A DNA stretch of 64,000 bases from Candidatus Aenigmatarchaeota archaeon (lineage in GTDB: Archaea > Aenigmatarchaeota > Aenigmatarchaeia > Aenigmatarchaeales > Aenigmatarchaeaceae). The stretch is taken from contig JAFGAZ010000015.1 in assembly GCA_016933455.1 (NCBI GenBank), positions 11,583 to 75,582 on the forward strand. Direction: 5' to 3'. Both the position numbers and the translations under genes were made by a program. Of the stretch, positions 17,501 to 26,984 are shown piece after piece; positions within the stretch are counted from its first letter, which is position 1, and the number at the start of each line of letters is the position of its first letter. The notes below the pieces were generated by a model. That model was given only the letters and a program-made list of their open reading frames with translations. It ran no database searches and was not told the origin of the DNA.

Positions 17501-20500
17501 CGATAATTGGTGCTATTTCGTTGCCCAGGAAAGCAAAGGAGTGTTTTCTTCAGGAACAAGAATCGGCAGCATTATTACGTCTTTGAGTGGTTATGAGATG
17601 GACATGGCAGCAGCCGATTTCAATAACGATGGCAACTATGACTTTATAGTTGGTGGTAATAATGATGATATTTATCTTTTTCTTGGTGATGGTATGGGTG
17701 GATTTACAACTTCCACAATAACAACTGATGCTCCAAACAATTATGGTAGAGGAAAGGATGCTGGCGATATAAACGAAGATGGTAACATGGATTTTGTTTA
17801 CGGCGACAACGGCAGCGGTCTTGTCTATGCTTACTATGGCGACGGAACAGGAAGTTTTTCCTCGCCCGTGTCTTTGTTTGACACTCTCGGAAACAGCAAC
17901 GATCCTTACGGTGTCACTCTTGCTGATTTCAATAATGATGGTAATCTAGATATAATTGCAATAGGTGGAAGTAGTGGTAATTTTGATTTGTGGACTGGCA
18001 ATGGTGCTGGAAGTTTCACATATCAATGGCAAGTTTTTGACACCAATAATCATGGTTCTATAGATAACTATGATTTTGACAACGACGGCGACCAGGACGT
18101 TGTTATAACAACGTACAGTAATAGACAAATAATGTATTACAGCAATGATGGTGATGGTCATTTCACGTATTTATCCACTATTGCTTCAACAATCGGTTAT
18201 TCATTCGGAATTTCAGCACCACCTGTTGCCAAACTCGGAGACGAATTTGGAGATGCTTGTGATAATTGCCCATACACAGATAACCCTGAACAAACTGATA
18301 CCGACAATGACGGCGTTGGTGATGCGTGCGACAACTGCGTTTATGTGGTAAATCCAGATCAGATAGACAGCGATTCTAAAACCATATCTGATATTGTGGT
18401 TTTTGAGGAAGATTTTAATGATAATATGCTTAACACAACCAAGTGGACAACAGATATTGTTGGGGACAGTACATATCAGGAGACTAATCAAGAAGGCAAG
18501 TTCAATATTCTTGGTCAGGGAAGCAGTTCCACATATCATATTTACTTGGTTTCTGAGAATATTCACGTTGAGGACTGGGAAACTCTTACAGTAGAAGGCA
18601 AATGGATGTTCAGCAGCTCGGCTACAACACCTGAGATGCTATTCCAGCTAATAGATTCCGATACTAGCAGTGTAAATGGTGTGGGCTATGCTACATGGGG
18701 TTCTAGGATTAGATACTTCCTTTCAACAACTACCGAAGACTCTAGAACCATACCAAGAACATACGCTGCATTCAAAATGATAATAACAAAGACAAGCATG
18801 GAATACTGGGAGAATGGTGTAAAGATAAAAGAGCTACCAACAACATCACTTGCGTTAGGAGAAAATTTCAAGCTAAGGATAGGTGGCTGGGATTATTCTA
18901 GAATTGCTGGCCAGTATGCATATTTTGACGACATAAAAATATCCATCAACGGAGAATCAAACGATGGCTTAGGGGATGCGTGCGACAACTGTCCATATGT
19001 TCCCAATCCGAGCCAAGAGAACAATGACGGTGACAAAGCTGGAACGGCATGTGATTGCGATGATAACGATCCTTTGAATTATCCTGGCGGTGTTGAGGCC
19101 TGCGATAATAGAGACAATAACTGTAATTACATTGTTGATGAAGACTTGGTAGAGTCTTGTGGAGAGGGTGCATGCATAGGAACATCGACATGCTCTGCCG
19201 GTATTTGGGGAGACTGTTCAACCTACGGCAATGACGCGGGCACATGCGCCATATGCGATATTTCAGGCATACCTTCCTTTGATGAGACTCAGGATAGTGA
19301 CTGTCCTAACACACAGTGCCAGGATTCTTGTTTACTGACTCCTGATGGAAATCCCTTTACTTGGGACTATGCTGAAGACGTTCCAAACGAGTGTTCTGCA
19401 TTGTTTACATGCACATCTAACGATTGCATTTACGAACACGAATGCAATGTTGAAACATGTTCGGCTGAATGTGATGCGACTCATGATTGTGAGGATAGCA
19501 CGTGTTCCCAAATATATGACGACGAATGCATTGGTTTGAAGCTAAAGGATTGGAATTCCAATATGGATTATGACAGTCTTTTGGTTGAAGAATCTTGTAG
19601 TAATTCTTGCCTTGATACATGCCTCTGCACTGATTGTGAGGTTGATTGTACAGCACAAGAACCAGAACCATATTGTGTGAAAAATGTCTGTAATGCTGAA
19701 TGTGACATGGACGAACATTGTTTAGCTACAGAGTGCGACCAGAACGACGGTTGTTATGACAACATCTATAGGGACTATGAAGACGTAGACAATAACTGTC
19801 TTGGAGATTGTTCCTGCGAGAATAATGAATGTACGATATACAGTGAAGAAGCGGACAATGATGGAGACGGTTATTCGGTAAACTGTGGGGATTGTGACGA
19901 TTATGATATCACTTCATATCCCGGTGCCCCAGAACTTTGCGATAGAAAGGATAATAATTGTGATGGTATTATTCCCGAAGACGAGATAGATGACGATAGT
20001 GACGGCATGACAGAATGCGAAGGAGACTGTAATGACAACGATGCGACAATGTATGTTGGTGCCGAAGAACTATGTGATCTCAAAGACAATAATTGTGACG
20101 GTCAGGTCGACGAAACCATTGCAGGTCAGGAGACAGATGCTGACAGTGACACAGTAAATGATTGTTATGATGACAAATGTTTTGGAACAGGTCTCTGGTA
20201 TGCAGAAAAGACTTTGCAACCAAATCATTTCGATTCATCGAATACCAATCTTGAAGAAACATATGGTTGCAGCTGCGAGCAGATACTTTACTGCAAACCT
20301 GGAACTGATACAGGAGAGTACAAATTCGGATGTTCTGTAGGCACTATGAACGTCTGGATATACCAAAAGGCCGAAAGCTGGGCTCCCGATTGCCAGATAG
20401 ACGGCAAAGTCGTCATGGAAGGTGAGGGCAAGCCTTTGTTTGAAAATACTGATGATGATTGGATGCTAGATATTATAGACTTCGATAACGACAATGATGG

Positions 20501-20594
20501 TGTGGATGATTCTTTGGACGACATGCCGGAAGATTCTGACCCTGAAGGATCAGAAGGTCATGGCACACCAGATTGGTATAAGAAAAAGAAATAG
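14598..20594 (+). CDS. giant secreted mosaic adhesin-like protein (1998 aa)
   Basis: All sub-coordinates below are approximate.
- Signal peptide: [23 protein letters not shown].
- NosD-like parallel beta-helix, ~15068-15675, ending in the [20 protein letters not shown] motif.
- Three thrombospondin type-3 Ca-binding repeat blocks, ~15691-16033, 17088-17312 and 18232-18375.
- Fibrinogen-like signature.
- FG-GAP/VCBS propeller.
- Jelly-roll/ConA-like region, ~18395-18948.
- MopE-like C-D-D-x-D...PGAxExCDxxDNNCDG repeats, ~19050-19140 and 19886-20113.
- Cys-rich blocks.
- No C-terminal TM segment. Confidence 0.85.
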   Translation: MRKSLFFLIFVLLLSSIAIITLADDVISENTTQAEDIVMSESIESTGTLFETETPFLILESSEPLHISMDVVTSSPEIGMIDINIEDFEGFATIVLEGLEVGHDYYVYTNSYENKQILKAVAKECEDKCETEVKGTISFNVSGSPTHIWLQNKPSTKIIRDNTNGGDCYLVGTWDYATKTCVLNQDLTESVQIESNNIVFDCNGHSITGSRTGNGIYMYYADYATVRNCKISNFTYGIRTYNADYGNIENNVIFENLDRGIYIYYGNGNFMVNNDIILNNNYGIYIYRYYNNRVYHNNFIENRIQLYNYGGYSNYFDNGYPSGGNYFSDYSGIDSDGDHIGDSYYVFNVGQDHYPFVDDYGWLGADFDGDGICRIGWTNESCIGSDNCVYIFNPDQTNSDGDSFGDVCDICPFATNEDQLDSDEDGFGDVCDNCPDISNNDQIDVDSDGLGDACDNCINDFNPIQTDSDNDGLGDACEKMLGFLINPLMPLTVSQNEPFTFTTRVECNNGPCSNVVAILDPINKPLSCKYIYYGGVRESGVYTIYPSGPESAGYDVFCDMETDGGGWTLVASTYLNTLNDQGGSYYVDLETLYPTSSHESVWDGMRPLSLGMEDDIRFSCKVDRTDIDFAVDLAFYDINWYYEITNSSTDEGVYFEDNNGVGQTLPAPARKNILTGDTRVLGDQWNYGYLEGEDYNGDTYDFTVDFDDRGMDSNQQDGTDWGEDDGEKKCGSVYPSYGTWFIWFREGMDYSKIKGVVPMDESAKPFYTTTQNPMSGSDISCLQDMDTGDICEQTWNVMPTGQQGSSYSFFTIYSFMDDEALTDTVNITIYCEDSDGDGVCVDVDNCPFVINPDQLDDDSDGLGDVCDNCPDISNNDQIDVDSDGLGDACDNCVYVYNPDQANSDNSALDFTFIIVGDENGHRYLIKSNNDGTFEASVDLGVFGGNLRGGAVADYDNDGDYDFVTCNDNDNWCYFVAQESKGVFSSGTRIGSIITSLSGYEMDMAAADFNNDGNYDFIVGGNNDDIYLFLGDGMGGFTTSTITTDAPNNYGRGKDAGDINEDGNMDFVYGDNGSGLVYAYYGDGTGSFSSPVSLFDTLGNSNDPYGVTLADFNNDGNLDIIAIGGSSGNFDLWTGNGAGSFTYQWQVFDTNNHGSIDNYDFDNDGDQDVVITTYSNRQIMYYSNDGDGHFTYLSTIASTIGYSFGISAPPVAKLGDEFGDACDNCPYTDNPEQTDTDNDGVGDACDNCVYVVNPDQIDSDSKTISDIVVFEEDFNDNMLNTTKWTTDIVGDSTYQETNQEGKFNILGQGSSSTYHIYLVSENIHVEDWETLTVEGKWMFSSSATTPEMLFQLIDSDTSSVNGVGYATWGSRIRYFLSTTTEDSRTIPRTYAAFKMIITKTSMEYWENGVKIKELPTTSLALGENFKLRIGGWDYSRIAGQYAYFDDIKISINGESNDGLGDACDNCPYVPNPSQENNDGDKAGTACDCDDNDPLNYPGGVEACDNRDNNCNYIVDEDLVESCGEGACIGTSTCSAGIWGDCSTYGNDAGTCAICDISGIPSFDETQDSDCPNTQCQDSCLLTPDGNPFTWDYAEDVPNECSALFTCTSNDCIYEHECNVETCSAECDATHDCEDSTCSQIYDDECIGLKLKDWNSNMDYDSLLVEESCSNSCLDTCLCTDCEVDCTAQEPEPYCVKNVCNAECDMDEHCLATECDQNDGCYDNIYRDYEDVDNNCLGDCSCENNECTIYSEEADNDGDGYSVNCGDCDDYDITSYPGAPELCDRKDNNCDGIIPEDEIDDDSDGMTECEGDCNDNDATMYVGAEELCDLKDNNCDGQVDETIAGQETDADSDTVNDCYDDKCFGTGLWYAEKTLQPNHFDSSNTNLEETYGCSCEQILYCKPGTDTGEYKFGCSVGTMNVWIYQKAESWAPDCQIDGKVVMEGEGKPLFENTDDDWMLDIIDFDNDNDGVDDSLDDMPEDSDPEGSEGHGTPDWYKKKK
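15885..15968 (+). repeat. 84-nt perfect direct repeat, copy 1 (TSP3 cassette [28 protein letters not shown])
   Basis: Identical nucleotide for nucleotide to 17190-17273 by manual comparison. Confidence 0.9.
16170..16840 (+). other. fibrinogen-related-domain-like segment inside the 1998-aa ORF (approximate bounds)
   Basis: [21 protein letters not shown]...[19 protein letters not shown] (motif at 16269-16307) matches the hallmark C-D-M-[DE]-T-D-G-G-G-W-T of fibrinogen C-terminal domains. The canonical C-terminal WW..C..SNLNG signature was not seen. Confidence 0.5.
17190..17273 (+). repeat. 84-nt perfect direct repeat, copy 2
   Basis: Identical to 15885-15968. The flanks are similar at the protein level only. 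Confidence 0.9.
17320..18225 (+). other. FG-GAP/VCBS repeat beta-propeller region inside the 1998-aa ORF (approximate bounds)
   Basis: At least five Ca-binding blades are visible: [51 protein letters not shown] and [13 protein letters not shown]. Each is preceded by a G-x-G-x-G-x-F element. Confidence 0.75.
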
Positions 20595-20719
20595 TTCCAA
20601 TTCTTAAAAGAACCTTATTCAAACTTATTTAATGGCGACAAATTAATATTTAATTTCAATAAAATTAGAAATTGATCTCCCAAAGAAAAAAGAGGAGAAA
20701 ATAGTTGAAAATAAAGCAA

Positions 20720-21061
20720 TCACATTCTTGCTACATGGGCAAAAGACGGTGTCAGAACGACCCAGTCTTCATCAATGCCTGCAATGTCCCCGTTTATGGC
20801 TACACAAGTCTTTCTAAGCTTGTCTATGGCCCTTTTCAGTTCCGATACGTCCTTGCTTCTCAAAGCCTTTATCTTGACAAGAACAACTGAACCGTCCCTG
20901 ACCTGCTTTTGTATCCTGTCAGAATCTGCAAAATCCTCTATCTTGTCAACTCTTATAATTACTTTGTCTTTTGGCTGATTGAGTTCGCTTGTGTCAAGCT
21001 CGATGAATTCTTCTTCGCTCATTTCTTTTAATCCTTTGCCGAACAGTTTTTCAAAAACCAT
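20720..21061 (-). CDS. sepF: SepF-like cell-division protein (DUF552)
   Basis: 113 aa. The layout IIRVDKIEDFADSDRIQKQVRDGSVVLVKIKALRSKDVSELKRAIDKLRKTCVAINGDIAGIDEDWVVLTP matches the archaeal SepF pattern. Confidence 0.65.
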   Translation of the reverse strand: MVFEKLFGKGLKEMSEEEFIELDTSELNQPKDKVIIRVDKIEDFADSDRIQKQVRDGSVVLVKIKALRSKDVSELKRAIDKLRKTCVAINGDIAGIDEDWVVLTPSFAHVARM

Positions 21062-21116
21062 CCGTATCTACCTCCAAAATTATTATAATTCTAATTATAT
21101 CTCGAAATATAAATAA

Positions 21117-21368
21117 CTATTTCTGTATGCTCTCCATGATGGAGACAATGTTCCAAATCTGGGTCCTGGTATACATTGGTATGTTTGGGTCGTTTGAGAC
21201 CTCGTCCATGGTAGAAACAACCGTGTTAACCCTCACGGCAACGTCCTCTTTATCATCCTTTAGAATTTCTATTGACTCTTCGCACTTTGTTCTTATATTT
21301 CTTGGAACTGTTCTGTCGCTAGCGACCTGTTGGATGAGATTGATAACTTCCTCGAACATAGTAAACAC
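21117..21368 (-). CDS. UPF0147-family small helical protein
   Basis: 83 aa with the conserved TVPRNIR...DPNIPMYTRTQIWNIVSIME pattern recalled for archaeal UPF0147. Confidence 0.6.
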   Translation of the reverse strand: MFTMFEEVINLIQQVASDRTVPRNIRTKCEESIEILKDDKEDVAVRVNTVVSTMDEVSNDPNIPMYTRTQIWNIVSIMESIQK

Positions 21369-21411
21369 GCTGCCGTATTAAACATACTAAGAATAAAATA
21401 GGTCTTGGCCG

Positions 21412-21419
21412 TTTAAATT
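21412..21419 (+). promoter_or_regulatory. TATA-box candidate (TTTAAATT within ccgTTTAAATtg) 30 nt upstream of ATG 21442
   Basis: The 11-nt core cgtttaaattg is identical to the one at 14567-14577. The geometry suggests a leaderless start at Met9 of the track ORF. Confidence 0.35.
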
Positions 21420-21441
21420 GCTTTCTATGTATATTATTTCT

Positions 21442-22356
21442 ATGTTTCTAGAGATTCCAGAGAAAATTAAATTTCCTGAGATTGTGAAGAAAAAAGGACC
21501 ATTAGCTCAATTTAATTATCTTAAGGAAGGCAAAAATATGAAAGGCCTTTCTTTAGGACAAAGCTTAGATGAATGCAGATGGGGTTCTCCAACTTCTATT
21601 TTGTACGAAGCAAATACTCTTGAAATGGCAGAATTCATAAAAAATTGGATGGAACAAAACAAAGACAATTTAGATTTCTATCACGGAGAACTCACAGAGG
21701 AATTTCAGCTTCCATACATAAATGAAACAGTTTGTCCAAGAAATGAAAATCATAAGATAAAGGTAAGGGCTCTAGACGGTACTATTAGATGTGGTAATGA
21801 AGAAGTAAAAGAAATCAAAAAGGATTATTTATATTCATATGATTTTTTCGACAAATTCTCTAAATCACATGTTAGGCGATATCATGAATCAAATCCTCTT
21901 TCCGGATCTTTTGAAGATGAGGAAGAAAGATTAATGGAAAAATATTATAATTCAAAAGATACAATAAAGATAACAGAAAGATGCGGTGCCATACTTTCTG
22001 AAAAGGATACTATAGTGCCTCTTCCACTTTTGGAAGTTCTTGATAGGATAAACATATTACAAGGCAATGAGTGTTTTTGCGAATCTGATGGTGTTACAAA
22101 AGGTTATTGTTTTGAGGCGAGAGATATGGGTTTTGAGAGAAAATGTTTTGGCCATAATATACAAAATCATTTCATTGCTTCTATGAGTGGCTGGTCTATT
22201 GCGGCTAATGTTCAAAGATGGTATGAACAATTGCCCGATGGTAAAGCTCCTCTAGCCACAAAAGATCTAGTAAATAGTTTGGTTAGAAAATCAGTCACGC
22301 CTGACAAAGTTGAAAAAGAAACCAAGTTATGGAAGAAAAAACTTGGGTTAAACTAA
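21442..22356 (+). CDS. hypothetical protein (~304 aa), Cys/His-containing, no recognised family
   Basis: Long ORF on the opposite strand between conserved genes. The start was chosen from promoter geometry; the track start at 21418 is a TTG. Confidence 0.5.
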   Translation: MFLEIPEKIKFPEIVKKKGPLAQFNYLKEGKNMKGLSLGQSLDECRWGSPTSILYEANTLEMAEFIKNWMEQNKDNLDFYHGELTEEFQLPYINETVCPRNENHKIKVRALDGTIRCGNEEVKEIKKDYLYSYDFFDKFSKSHVRRYHESNPLSGSFEDEEERLMEKYYNSKDTIKITERCGAILSEKDTIVPLPLLEVLDRINILQGNECFCESDGVTKGYCFEARDMGFERKCFGHNIQNHFIASMSGWSIAANVQRWYEQLPDGKAPLATKDLVNSLVRKSVTPDKVEKETKLWKKKLGLN

Positions 22357-22722
22357 TTACTCTGCAGCTGCTGACTGGGAAGCCCCAAGTAGCTCTTCCA
22401 ACTTCTTTTGACTTTCTTCCATTCTTTCCTTCATCCTGGTTTCCTGCTTGTGAAGGCTCTTTAGCCTAAGGTCGATTGTCTCTTTCTTTTCCTCAAGCTC
22501 TTTTGTCAGCTTGCCTTTTTCTGATTTTATCAGAATCGGGCCCACTGCCTTGAAGACGTCCTCGTCCTTTACCTTGCCAAGCTCCGAAAGTGCCTTGTCT
22601 ATTTCCATGTTCTGGATATTCAGGCTTTCCTTTTGCATCATGACGTTTTGCATCTGCTGCTGGTATGCCTGCAGCTCCATGAAAATCTGCTGCGTTTCTG
22701 GTGTTATCTTAAGTTCGCTCAT
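22357..22722 (-). CDS. pfdB: prefoldin beta subunit
   Basis: 121 aa with a coiled-coil/beta-hairpin/coiled-coil layout (QQMQNVMMQKESL...VFKAVGPILIKSEK...LRLKSLHKQE). It occupies the terminal position of the exosome superoperon. Confidence 0.85.
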   Translation of the reverse strand: MSELKITPETQQIFMELQAYQQQMQNVMMQKESLNIQNMEIDKALSELGKVKDEDVFKAVGPILIKSEKGKLTKELEEKKETIDLRLKSLHKQETRMKERMEESQKKLEELLGASQSAAAE

Positions 22723-22937
22723 TTAATCTCCTCCGTATTTATCGCGGCTCTTATTAGCTTTATGTAAGAGTTTATTCCTGCAAGCAAGCCCGCAATGTCC
22801 TTGGACTCAACTTTGAGTTCAATCCTTTCATCGTTAGCTTCAAGCTCAACTTCAAACCTTCCAGAGTCCATGTCAGGCTCTATTGCCTTGACGACTAGTT
22901 TTGGATTTTCGCACTCTATTTTTATCTTGGCTTTCAT
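22719..22937 (-). CDS. pcc1: KEOPS subunit Pcc1-like
   Basis: 72 aa. AKIKIECENPKLVVKAIEPDMD...ELKVESKDIAGLLAGINSYIKLIRAA matches the Pcc1/CTAG fold pattern. The gene has the usual position between rpoP and pfdB. Confidence 0.6.
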   Translation of the reverse strand: MKAKIKIECENPKLVVKAIEPDMDSGRFEVELEANDERIELKVESKDIAGLLAGINSYIKLIRAAINTEEIK

Positions 22938-22938
22938 T

Positions 22939-23073
22939 CTAATCCGAGCTTACAGTCACGACGTTTTTTGGGGTTTCCTTTGTTATTATCTTGTACCCGC
23001 AGTAAGGACATCTTACCTTTTCTTTTATTTGTTTCATGTCGACTTTTTCGCCGCATTTAAGACATTTGTACAT
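22939..23073 (-). CDS. rpoP: DNA-directed RNA polymerase subunit P (Rpo12/RpoP)
   Basis: Manual translation gives 44 aa: MYKCLKCGEKVDMKQIKEKVRCPYCGYKIITKETPKNVVTVSSD. This is the zinc ribbon CxxCG...CPYCGY typical of RpoP. It starts 1 nt after the L37ae stop and ends 1 nt before the Pcc1 start. It is below the ORF-track size cutoff. Confidence 0.8.
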   Translation of the reverse strand: MYKCLKCGEKVDMKQIKEKVRCPYCGYKIITKETPKNVVTVSSD

Positions 23074-23074
23074 T

Positions 23075-23290
23075 TTACTCACTCTTTGGGAAGTAGGCCG
23101 CACCTGCGAACTTGGTCTTGCATTTCTTGCAGTACCATATTCCTGCTGATACCCTTTTCAGGGCGTCCCTTTCGCAGTACGGGCATGTCTTCCTTGTTTT
23201 CTGCTTCTCTTCCATCTTCTTTATTATCTTCTTGGTCTTGGTGCCGTATCTTGGACCGTACCTGCCTGTACTACCTACTTTTTTGGTCAT
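23075..23290 (-). CDS. rpl37ae: 50S ribosomal protein L37Ae (eL43)
   Basis: Has GRYGPRYG and the zinc ribbon CPYC...CKKC. Length is 71 aa. Confidence 0.92.
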   Translation of the reverse strand: MTKKVGSTGRYGPRYGTKTKKIIKKMEEKQKTRKTCPYCERDALKRVSAGIWYCKKCKTKFAGAAYFPKSE

Positions 23291-24054
23291 TTAATCATCT
23301 TTCTTAATTCTTTGCCCTTGGCAATTGATAAATCTGCCGCCTTTGCTATCTCGTCGATAGTAAAGTAGCCTGTGCCGCCCTTTTGTATGGAGCAGATGTT
23401 GCCGTTCTCCATTGTTGTTATGGTTATCCTGGCGTCAATGCACTGCTCTTCTTCTGCGTTCGTGTCCAAAAGCAATGTGTTGCCTATCTTGACTGTTGTT
23501 ATTGCTATTGGCGTGTCTTTTACTGGCAGACTTCCTGTCTTTTCTTCGATGACAATCTTTTTATTCTCATACTTTGGCAAATTTGTTGCCTTGAGGGCTG
23601 CTATTGCCGCCAAAGCCGCTGCGTCCTGCAGGTTGCCATCATAGTCAAGAATATGCAAGTCAACGTTAACCATCCATACCGCTTCTCCAGGGGTTATGCA
23701 CAATTTTTCAACGTCAATGCACTTACTTTCTCTTACGCCACGGTCTGTTACCCTTGCCACTTCTATTGACCTCTCGCTTGGCGGGCCTGCCTCGAATTCC
23801 GGCGAAGCCACTGGCGAGAACTCTGCATTGACTATTAGCACGCCTTCGTTTGGCGTGTCAGAGAATGGTTCTCCAACAGACATCTTCACGCCGGCAAGAA
23901 CATGTGTCTTGCCTATCTTGACCCTTGCAGAGCCTTCGGCGTTCTTGATAACGTCTGTCTCAACGCTTATCTGCCTGAACTCTTCAAGCTTTCTTTCGTC
24001 AAGCCTAAGGCCGCTATCAGCCCTTTTTCTTATATAGTCTTCACTCATCAGCAT
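23287..24054 (-). CDS. rrp42: exosome complex subunit Rrp42 (RNase PH-like, non-catalytic)
   Basis: Has RLDERKLEEFRQISVETDVIKNAEGSARVKIGKTHVLAGV. Lies downstream of rrp41 with a 14-nt overlap. Confidence 0.88.
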   Translation of the reverse strand: MLMSEDYIRKRADSGLRLDERKLEEFRQISVETDVIKNAEGSARVKIGKTHVLAGVKMSVGEPFSDTPNEGVLIVNAEFSPVASPEFEAGPPSERSIEVARVTDRGVRESKCIDVEKLCITPGEAVWMVNVDLHILDYDGNLQDAAALAAIAALKATNLPKYENKKIVIEEKTGSLPVKDTPIAITTVKIGNTLLLDTNAEEEQCIDARITITTMENGNICSIQKGGTGYFTIDEIAKAADLSIAKGKELRKMIK

Positions 24055-24790
24055 TCATATCACCTGTATTGTATTTTTCTCTTATTGCCTGCTTTTGCTT
24101 CTCGTTTATCTTTGCGCATCCTTCTTTGGCAATACCTAGCATCTTAACCATCTCTTCCTTGGTTATTATGCCGTCCATCTGCAACAAGACCACCTTGTCC
24201 TCGTTGCCTACCATGGCCACTGCCATGTCAACATCGCCAAAGTTGTCCTCGATGCCGTATAGGTCTGTGGCTATCTGGCCGTCGACCTTCCCGACGCTGC
24301 ATGAGCTTACCATGTTGCTCATTGGAACGCCTGCATCAACTAGGGCTAGCGACGCTGCATTAAGAGCTGCGCATCTTGTGGAAGCATCGGCCTGCAAAAT
24401 TTCCATGAAAACGTCAACTGCTGTTTTGGGATACTCGTTGAAGAATACCACATTCGACAGTGCCTCGTTTATTACCATGGAAATTTCTGTTGCCCTTCTG
24501 CTCCTTCCTGGCCTTATTCTTTCCTTTGTCGAGAAAGGTGCCATAGCATATCTGCATCTTATTATGGTCTTTTGCGGGTTTTCCTGGTGCCTTGGATGCA
24601 CTTCCCTTGGTCCTTGCACTGCTGCCAGAGCATAAGTGTTTCCGAACTTGAAGGTTGCTGATCCGTTGGCATTGTTTAGCAAGCCCACTTCTATTTCCAT
24701 TGGCCTGAACTCATCAAGAGCCCTGCCGTCTAGTCTCTTGCCGTTTATTATCATTTTTTCCGGTTTACCTACTCCGCCCATATTAATCAC
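24041..24790 (-). CDS. rrp41: exosome complex exonuclease Rrp41 (RNase PH-like, catalytic)
   Basis: Has RLDGRALDEFRPMEIEVGLLNNANGSATFKFGNTYALAAVQGPRE and a phosphate-binding RPGRSRR region. Confidence 0.9.
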   Translation of the reverse strand: MINMGGVGKPEKMIINGKRLDGRALDEFRPMEIEVGLLNNANGSATFKFGNTYALAAVQGPREVHPRHQENPQKTIIRCRYAMAPFSTKERIRPGRSRRATEISMVINEALSNVVFFNEYPKTAVDVFMEILQADASTRCAALNAASLALVDAGVPMSNMVSSCSVGKVDGQIATDLYGIEDNFGDVDMAVAMVGNEDKVVLLQMDGIITKEEMVKMLGIAKEGCAKINEKQKQAIREKYNTGDMNADE

Positions 24791-25484
24791 CTTTCTCCAA
24801 AAACTTTGATATCTTGTCTGTTAGGCCTGACACGTGCGACTCTTTTTCTATCTTGAGTATTGTGTCTGCTGCCAGTACCTCGTTTTCTCCCTTTACCCAT
24901 ATCACGCCGTTCTGGCCCACTATTATCTGGCACTTTGTCTTTTCCTTTATTAGCTCTATCATGGAGCCGGACTTGCCAATGACCCTTGGGACCTTTGAAG
25001 GCGTTATTCTCATTATCCTGCCGCCAATTAGCTTTCTTGCCCTGTGGTCGTTCATTGTCAGCTGGATTCTCTTTGACTTTGATATGTTTAGCACCTTTGC
25101 GTAAACGATATCGCCTATGTCATAGTACACTGATATGTCAGTCTTGTTTAAATCTACATATTCGCCAACAGCCTCGCTTAGTGGCAGTATCGCGTCGTAT
25201 GGCGAGTTTATGTCGGCAATCCATATCGTGGTCTGCATGTCGGTTATGAAGCCTATTATGCCGTCGCCCACTTTTGGCGCGTAAACGCCTGAAAGCGGTA
25301 TTGCTCCCACGAACCTGTCCTTTACTTTTGCTAATCCTAAAATTTTAGACTTTATCTCGTTGTTAGCCCTAAAGCTACCTGAAGATGGCAGAAAGTCCAA
25401 ACCAGTAGCTAGTGTGTCTCCTGGAATGACAAGCTGCCTTTCTTTTACCAAAACCTCTGATTTTGTTTCATTCATTTTATTCAC
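24783..25484 (-). CDS. rrp4: exosome RNA-binding subunit Rrp4 (S1 + KH)
   Basis: An N-terminal domain and S1 domain are followed by a KH domain with VIGKSGSMIELIKEKTKCQIIVGQNGVIWV. Confidence 0.88.
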   Translation of the reverse strand: MNKMNETKSEVLVKERQLVIPGDTLATGLDFLPSSGSFRANNEIKSKILGLAKVKDRFVGAIPLSGVYAPKVGDGIIGFITDMQTTIWIADINSPYDAILPLSEAVGEYVDLNKTDISVYYDIGDIVYAKVLNISKSKRIQLTMNDHRARKLIGGRIMRITPSKVPRVIGKSGSMIELIKEKTKCQIIVGQNGVIWVKGENEVLAADTILKIEKESHVSGLTDKISKFLEKGD

Positions 25485-26184
25485 CTACTTTTTTAACTAT
25501 TTTAACCTCGACCTGACCATGTGTCAGGTTGTTTAATCTATCATAAACCTCCTGCTGTATGCCAGCAGGTATTTCTATGAGCGTAATTAGGCTGCCGTCC
25601 TTGCCCCATTCTTCTTTTAATAGGGTCCCAAAACTTCTTATAATGTTGCCGGCCTTGCCAGCGAACTGGGGCGTTATCTTAACTGCAATCTGCAGCTTTT
25701 CTATTCTAAGGGGCATGACCTTTTGCAAGGCGCTTATGGTGGTCTCTATTTGCTCCTCAACTCTTTTGTCCAATTCTATCTTGACCTTTGCCTCGTCCAT
25801 TGCCCTTAGTATCCTATCCATCGGGTGGGGCAGATTTGTCTGGGGGTTTATGCCCCTTTTCGAAATTATGGATGCAATGGCCTTTTTCTTGTCCTCTGCC
25901 ATCTGCCTTCTTTGCTCTGTTGTGAGCTGGACCTCGCCGTCCTTTATTATGATGTTGACGATTGTATTGACATCTGTTGTGCCAAACGCCTTGTTGATGT
26001 TTTCGCTTGAAGCCCTAAGGCCTTTTTTCGAATCCTCGAAAACCTCCTCAGAAGCTATCAAGTCGTCTAGTGGAATTTGCTTGCCCATCTTAACTTCTAA
26101 GGATTTATCCGGATCAACTAGCATCTCGAATTTGTTTCCAGATTTTACCAGTTTAGCTATAACAGCTTTGTCTACAGAAATCAT
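25477..26184 (-). CDS. sdo1: ribosome maturation protein SBDS/Sdo1
   Basis: FYSH-domain N-terminus (VIAKLVKSGNKFEMLVDP...EVFEDSKKGLRAS), 235 aa, in the canonical superoperon position. Confidence 0.88.
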   Translation of the reverse strand: MISVDKAVIAKLVKSGNKFEMLVDPDKSLEVKMGKQIPLDDLIASEEVFEDSKKGLRASSENINKAFGTTDVNTIVNIIIKDGEVQLTTEQRRQMAEDKKKAIASIISKRGINPQTNLPHPMDRILRAMDEAKVKIELDKRVEEQIETTISALQKVMPLRIEKLQIAVKITPQFAGKAGNIIRSFGTLLKEEWGKDGSLITLIEIPAGIQQEVYDRLNNLTHGQVEVKIVKKVGE

Positions 26185-26213
26185 TTAATCGCCTTTGTAA
26201 GTTAACCATTTAA

Positions 26214-26909
26214 TTACCAGTATTTTTTGATGAATTTGATTCCGTCGCTACCATGATACTTTGTGAAACCCTCTTCGTTGACAACAGCCAGCTCGACTTC
26301 TGTTATCTTTATGCTCTTTTCGCCGGCTCTTAGGGCCTGTATTGCCAATTTTATCGCGTCTTCCTGCTTTAGGTTTTCCTTCCAGCTCTTTCTTAGAAGC
26401 TTCAACGCCTCGGGTGCGCCTCTTCCTATTGAGTGCGCCTTCCATCCGTAGTATGCAGATGACGGGTCCACTTCAAAAAGCTGCGCTCCGTTCTCGTCTA
26501 TTCCTCCCATAAGGAAAGCCACGCCATAAGGCCTGACCCCGCCGTACTGGGTGAAGAGCTGCATTCTGTCTGATATCTCCTTGACAGATCCCAGCACGTT
26601 CATTGGCTCGTCGTACGTAAGCTTGTAGACCTGAGCCTTTACCCTGCTTGCGTCGATTAGAACTCTGCCGTCAGCTAAAAATCCTGATATTGCTCCTCCG
26701 AGATGATCGTCTATCTGGAAGACCTTTTCTCCGCTGCCGTCAGGCACTGCTAGTTCCATAACAGGCTTTGAACCCACAAGGACTATGCCCTTGTCGAACA
26801 CAAGACCCACAGAGGTTGTACCTCTTTTAACGGCTTCCCTAGCGTATTCTACCTGAAACAATCTTCCGTCCGGAGAAAACGTTACTATTGCTCTGTCGTA
26901 ACCCATCAT
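26214..26909 (-). CDS. psmA: proteasome alpha subunit
   Basis: Has the alpha-subunit signature YDRAIVTFSPDGRLFQVEYA. Confidence 0.92.
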   Translation of the reverse strand: MMGYDRAIVTFSPDGRLFQVEYAREAVKRGTTSVGLVFDKGIVLVGSKPVMELAVPDGSGEKVFQIDDHLGGAISGFLADGRVLIDASRVKAQVYKLTYDEPMNVLGSVKEISDRMQLFTQYGGVRPYGVAFLMGGIDENGAQLFEVDPSSAYYGWKAHSIGRGAPEALKLLRKSWKENLKQEDAIKLAIQALRAGEKSIKITEVELAVVNEEGFTKYHGSDGIKFIKKYW

Positions 26910-26984
26910 TTCTGGTATAGCTTGTATAATATCACCTTAGATGTAAATATTTTACAACTCCTAACCTTATAAAGGTTTTTCTTG

